37,353 bases of DNA from Octopus sinensis (Eukaryota). The position numbers were made by a program, and so were the translations under genes. Under the pieces are notes generated by a model. The model made no database searches, was not told where the DNA came from, and saw nothing but the letters and a program-made list of their open reading frames with translations. Shown here piece after piece: positions 34,036-37,353 of this stretch. The stretch is from contig NW_021827551.1 of NCBI RefSeq assembly GCF_006345805.1, positions 1-37,353 on the forward strand, in the 5' to 3' direction. Position 1 is the stretch's first letter, and each line of letters opens with the position of its first letter.

Positions 34036-34480
34036 CGATTTGTATGTTTGTATGCATGCATTGGTATTTATGAACTCCATATTCTGAGAATATGAAATGG
34101 TTATACACAGAAATTTCATTTTTTAAGTAAGGTGGTAAATTGTAATGTTGATACGCATGATGAATAATTATCTTAAATGTTTTGTCTACAAATCCCCATC
34201 CATCCGGAAAATTCATTCCCGAAAATATTTGGGATAAAGGAGGGATTAGTGTAGAGGTCATTTTAATGTATTTTTTCTTTCCTTATTGAGAAGTTCTGAG
34301 AAGAAATATCATTGAAGTTCTACTGGAAGAAAAACTGAAGAGAACGTAAGGAGTGACGGGCGTTGATTTTCATCGGTGTCTCCTTGATCGACGAGCCACT
34401 GCAGAAGCACGCTTTCCTCGTTTGAGGAATTGTAATTTTTCAAAGAGAGGTATAAGTGCTTTACATTAATTGTAGTTCTC

Positions 34481-34612
34481 AACTAGTACGTATTTAATCA
34501 ACTCCGAGAGGATGAACTACAAAGTTGACTTCGGTGAAATTTGTAATCTGAAAGAACAGACGGAGAAAATGCTTCTAAGCATTTTGCCCAGCGAGCTAAC
34601 GAGCAACCCAGT
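34481..34612 (-). mobile_element. Very old family-M SINE remnant
   Basis: Residual GTTAGCTCGCTGGGCAAAATGCTTAG..GAAGTCAACTTTGTAGTTCATCCTCTCGGAGTTGATTAAATA. Confidence 0.6.
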
Positions 34613-34635
34613 TAGAGCTCATAACAATATCTAAT

Positions 34636-34828
34636 ATATTAAAGGCCAGCAATTTCTGGAGAGGTTGTATGTCTGTTATATCGATCAAGTGTTAATTATT
34701 TTAACAATACCTAAATGATGAAATGCAATGGCGACCTCGGCGGAATTTGAACTCAGACTGTTGAAATGGCCGAAATGCTGCAAAGCATTTGTGCCGACGT
34801 GCCATTGTTTCTGCCAGCTTCAGGCCTT
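34636..34828 (-). mobile_element. Old family-M SINE monomer (tail A type)
   Basis: AAGGCCTGAAGCTGGCAGAAAC..CTGAGTTCAAATTCCGCCGAGGTCGCC..CCAGAAATTGCTGGCCTTT. Confidence 0.8.
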
Positions 34829-34864
34829 AACAAAATGTAATATATTTATATCATTATTTCAGTC

Positions 34865-35074
34865 GGCGTGATGTTAGCGATCTCGCCAGCACGCTGAACG
34901 AAATGATTAGCGGTGTTTCGCCCGTCGCTACGTTCTGAGTTCAAATTCCTACCGAGGTCGACTTTGCCTTTCATCCTTTCGGGGTCGATTAAATAAGTAC
35001 TAGTTGAAACTTGGGTCGATCTAATTGATTCATCTCCTCCCCAAAATTGCTGCCGCTGTGACAAAATTTGAAGC
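34865..35074 (+). mobile_element. Family-M SINE monomer (tail A type)
   Basis: Well-preserved body CGTTCTGAGTTCAAATTCCTACCGAGGTCGACTTTGCCTTTCATCCTTTCGGGGTCGAT. Tail CCCCAAAATTGCTGCCGCTGTGACAAAATTTGAAGC. Confidence 0.85.
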
Positions 35075-35223
35075 AAATTTATCAAAATCATCACACTGAT
35101 TTTTTTTAAAAATGTATATTTTTTTTTAAAACTGTGTAGGAGAAAATTCTTCTCAAAAGGAAGCCAAGAAAACATTTTAGAATTACAGTTAGATTTTTAG
35201 TTAGATGGGGGATTTAAGATGTT

Positions 35224-35547
35224 CCTTGGACAATTGTCTTCTAATATAGTATAGGGCCGACGAAAGCCTTGTGAGTGGATTCGGCAGATGGAAACTGAAA
35301 AGAAGACCACCGTATAGTTATATTTAAATTCATATGTGTGAGTGTGTGTGTTCGACCTCACGCCATCGATTGACAAAAGTTATTGGAGTGCTACGTGACC
35401 GCAACTTAGCGGTTCGGCAAATATACCAATAAAATGAGAACTAGGATTACAAAAATAAATTCTGATGTGGGTTGGTTTTTTCGTATAAAGGCGGTGCTCC
35501 AGCATGACCGTATTCAAATGAGAAACACAAGTAAAAATAATAAAAGA
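35224..35547 (+). mobile_element. Old 5'-truncated family-C SINE
   Basis: Starts in the CORE-like box (CCTTGGACAATTGTCTTC), has a short internal TA/TG stretch and the tail GGCGGTGCTCCAGCATGACCG. Confidence 0.8.
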
Positions 35548-36098
35548 ACACTCCCAATTCACCATGCAGCGATCTCAAAGCTGCCAAGTTTCGAGATAAC
35601 TGAAAGATGTAATTTATGGGAAACTTTTTTGGCATTTATTCTTTCAAGCATTTCCTTCAGTTTTGCTAATTAAATGAAGAACAAGGAACGATTCCGCAAA
35701 ACATAACAGCAAGCTAACATCCTGCCTATGATACTTAAGATGAAATGAGCAATGTAATGTGTAATACTTTAATATTTTAACCAAGATCTGAAGAAAATTA
35801 CTTCACGTTGAACGATCTGGTTCCCTCTACAAACCCTGCTTCAGTAGAGAATGTCATCACTTCAAGGGACATTCTCGTATTCCAAAATCAAAGGACAGGA
35901 ACAGGAGAGGTTTCTTCTATCATGTTACAACTATTCAGTTAAAGGCTCATCGCGTATTGCAGCGAAATTTCCCGTTCACGCTTTTACGGCGGATATTTGA
36001 GACAAAGCGACAAACAAAGCCACGTTGAAAGACTCAAAGAAAAGATAACCAGTTGCCGATAATATAATGCAGAAGTGTTTCATACATGTGAGAATAAT

Positions 36099-36229
36099 AC
36101 CAGCCACATGGTTCCGGGTTCAGTCCCAATGCGTGGCATCTAGGGCAAGTGTCTTCTACTATAGCCTCGGGCCGACCAAAAACTGGTAAGTGGATTTGGT
36201 AGACGGAAACTGAAAAGACGCCCGTCGTA

Positions 36230-36286
<57 letters not shown>

Positions 36287-36515
36287 CTTGTGTGTGTGTG
36301 TGTGTGTTTGTACCCCTAGCATTGCTTGAAAACCGATGCCGGTGTGTTTATGTCCCCGTTACTTAGCGGTTCGGCAAAACAGACCGATAGAATAAGTACT
36401 TGGCTTACAAAAGAATAAGTCCCAGGGTCGAGTTGCTCGTTTATAGTCGGTTCTCCAGCATGGCCGCAGTCAAATGATTGAAACAAGTAAAAGAGTAAAA
36501 GAGTAAAAGAGAGTA
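36099..36515 (+). mobile_element. Family-C SINE, slightly 5'-truncated
   Basis: CCACATGGTTCCGGGTTCAGTCCC..(TA)n(TG)n..CCAGCATGGCCGCAGTCAAATGATTGAAACAAGTAAAAGA(GTAAAAGA)2. Confidence 0.92.
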
Positions 36516-36596
36516 ACAAACAAATTTAAGTTATCTCTCCACAATGACAAAACGTAATATATATATATATATATATATTAATATATATATATATAT

Positions 36597-36731
36597 AGCT
36601 TGCTTACCAACCACATGGTCCGGGTTCATTCTCACTGCAGAGCACCTTGGGCAAGTGTCTTCAACTATAGCCGCGAGCCGACCAAAGCATTGTGAGTGGA
36701 TTTGGTAGAGGGAACTGAAAGAAACCCGTTG
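36597..36731 (+). mobile_element. Family-C SINE 5' half; the internal microsatellite follows to about 36990 and the 3' half is missing
   Basis: AGCTTGCTTACCAACCACATGG..CACCTTGGGCAAGTGTCTTC..GAACTGAAAGAAACCCGTTG, then (TA)n. Confidence 0.85.
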
Positions 36732-36748
36732 TATATATGTATGTATTA

Positions 36749-36791
<43 letters not shown>

Positions 36792-36898
36792 TATAATATA
36801 TATATTATATATACATACATATATATATATACATACATATATATCTATATATATACATATGTATATATATATATACCTACATATATATATACATATAC

Positions 36899-36929
<31 letters not shown>

Positions 36930-37353
36930 ACAGAAATAATATATATATATACATGTAATATTATACATACATATATATATACAATATATTACAATTAAGG
37001 ACTGCACAGGAAAAGTAGACAGTCAACATGCTAGATATAGACGTCAAATCGCCATTCTCCCAAAAAATTTTATGTTCGATCAAACTCAACAAAACCAAAG
37101 TAATAAACAAGTGAAAAATATACGAAATAAATATTTACCCATGTACTAAATTTAGTTTCAGCTGTTATTTTCCGCAAGGATAAGTGCAACATCATCAGCA
37201 TGGTCCCATATAAAATGTAATTTGCTGGACTAAATGCCAACACGACACCAAAATATCGCGTGCATGGAGTCCGGCCTATTACATTTGAAATATATATTAC
37301 AAATGCCACTACTTTTGGCGCGATGAGACCCGAGAAAACTAGCCTGCAGCTAA

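Noticed and set aside
36330-36490. HDV-like ribozyme in the family-C tail (consensus ATGCTGG/CCAGCAT pairing, then GG, hairpin, GAAAC)
   Set aside because: No P3/L3 with pyrimidines for P1.1 and no P2 partner could be found. The 7-bp complementarity may be chance.

Overview
This is strongly AT-rich, microsatellite-saturated animal non-coding DNA (intergenic or a long intron). The SINE repertoire points to an octopus genome; this is inferred from tRNA-derived SINEs resembling the described octopus OK/OR families and was not checked against a database. I recognise no host-gene exon, and the supplied ORFs are nearly all translations of simple repeats or TE debris. The window holds three decayed LINE fragments (two CR1-group, one R4/Dong-clade RT), about 25 SINE units in four working families (my labels M, C, R, H), two minisatellites and many microsatellites. 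There are two main leads. (1) Family-M SINEs form in-register head-body-body arrays. Of 11 'tail-B' 3' ends, 8 are followed exactly by GGTATT and 1 by TGTATT, including an opposite-strand nested copy with a 13-bp TSD that starts with GGTATT. This suggests a SINE that inserts into its own family, between the Pol III A and B boxes. (2) A minimal type-I hammerhead ribozyme candidate with a palindromic loop III lies on the minus strand at 14317-14407.
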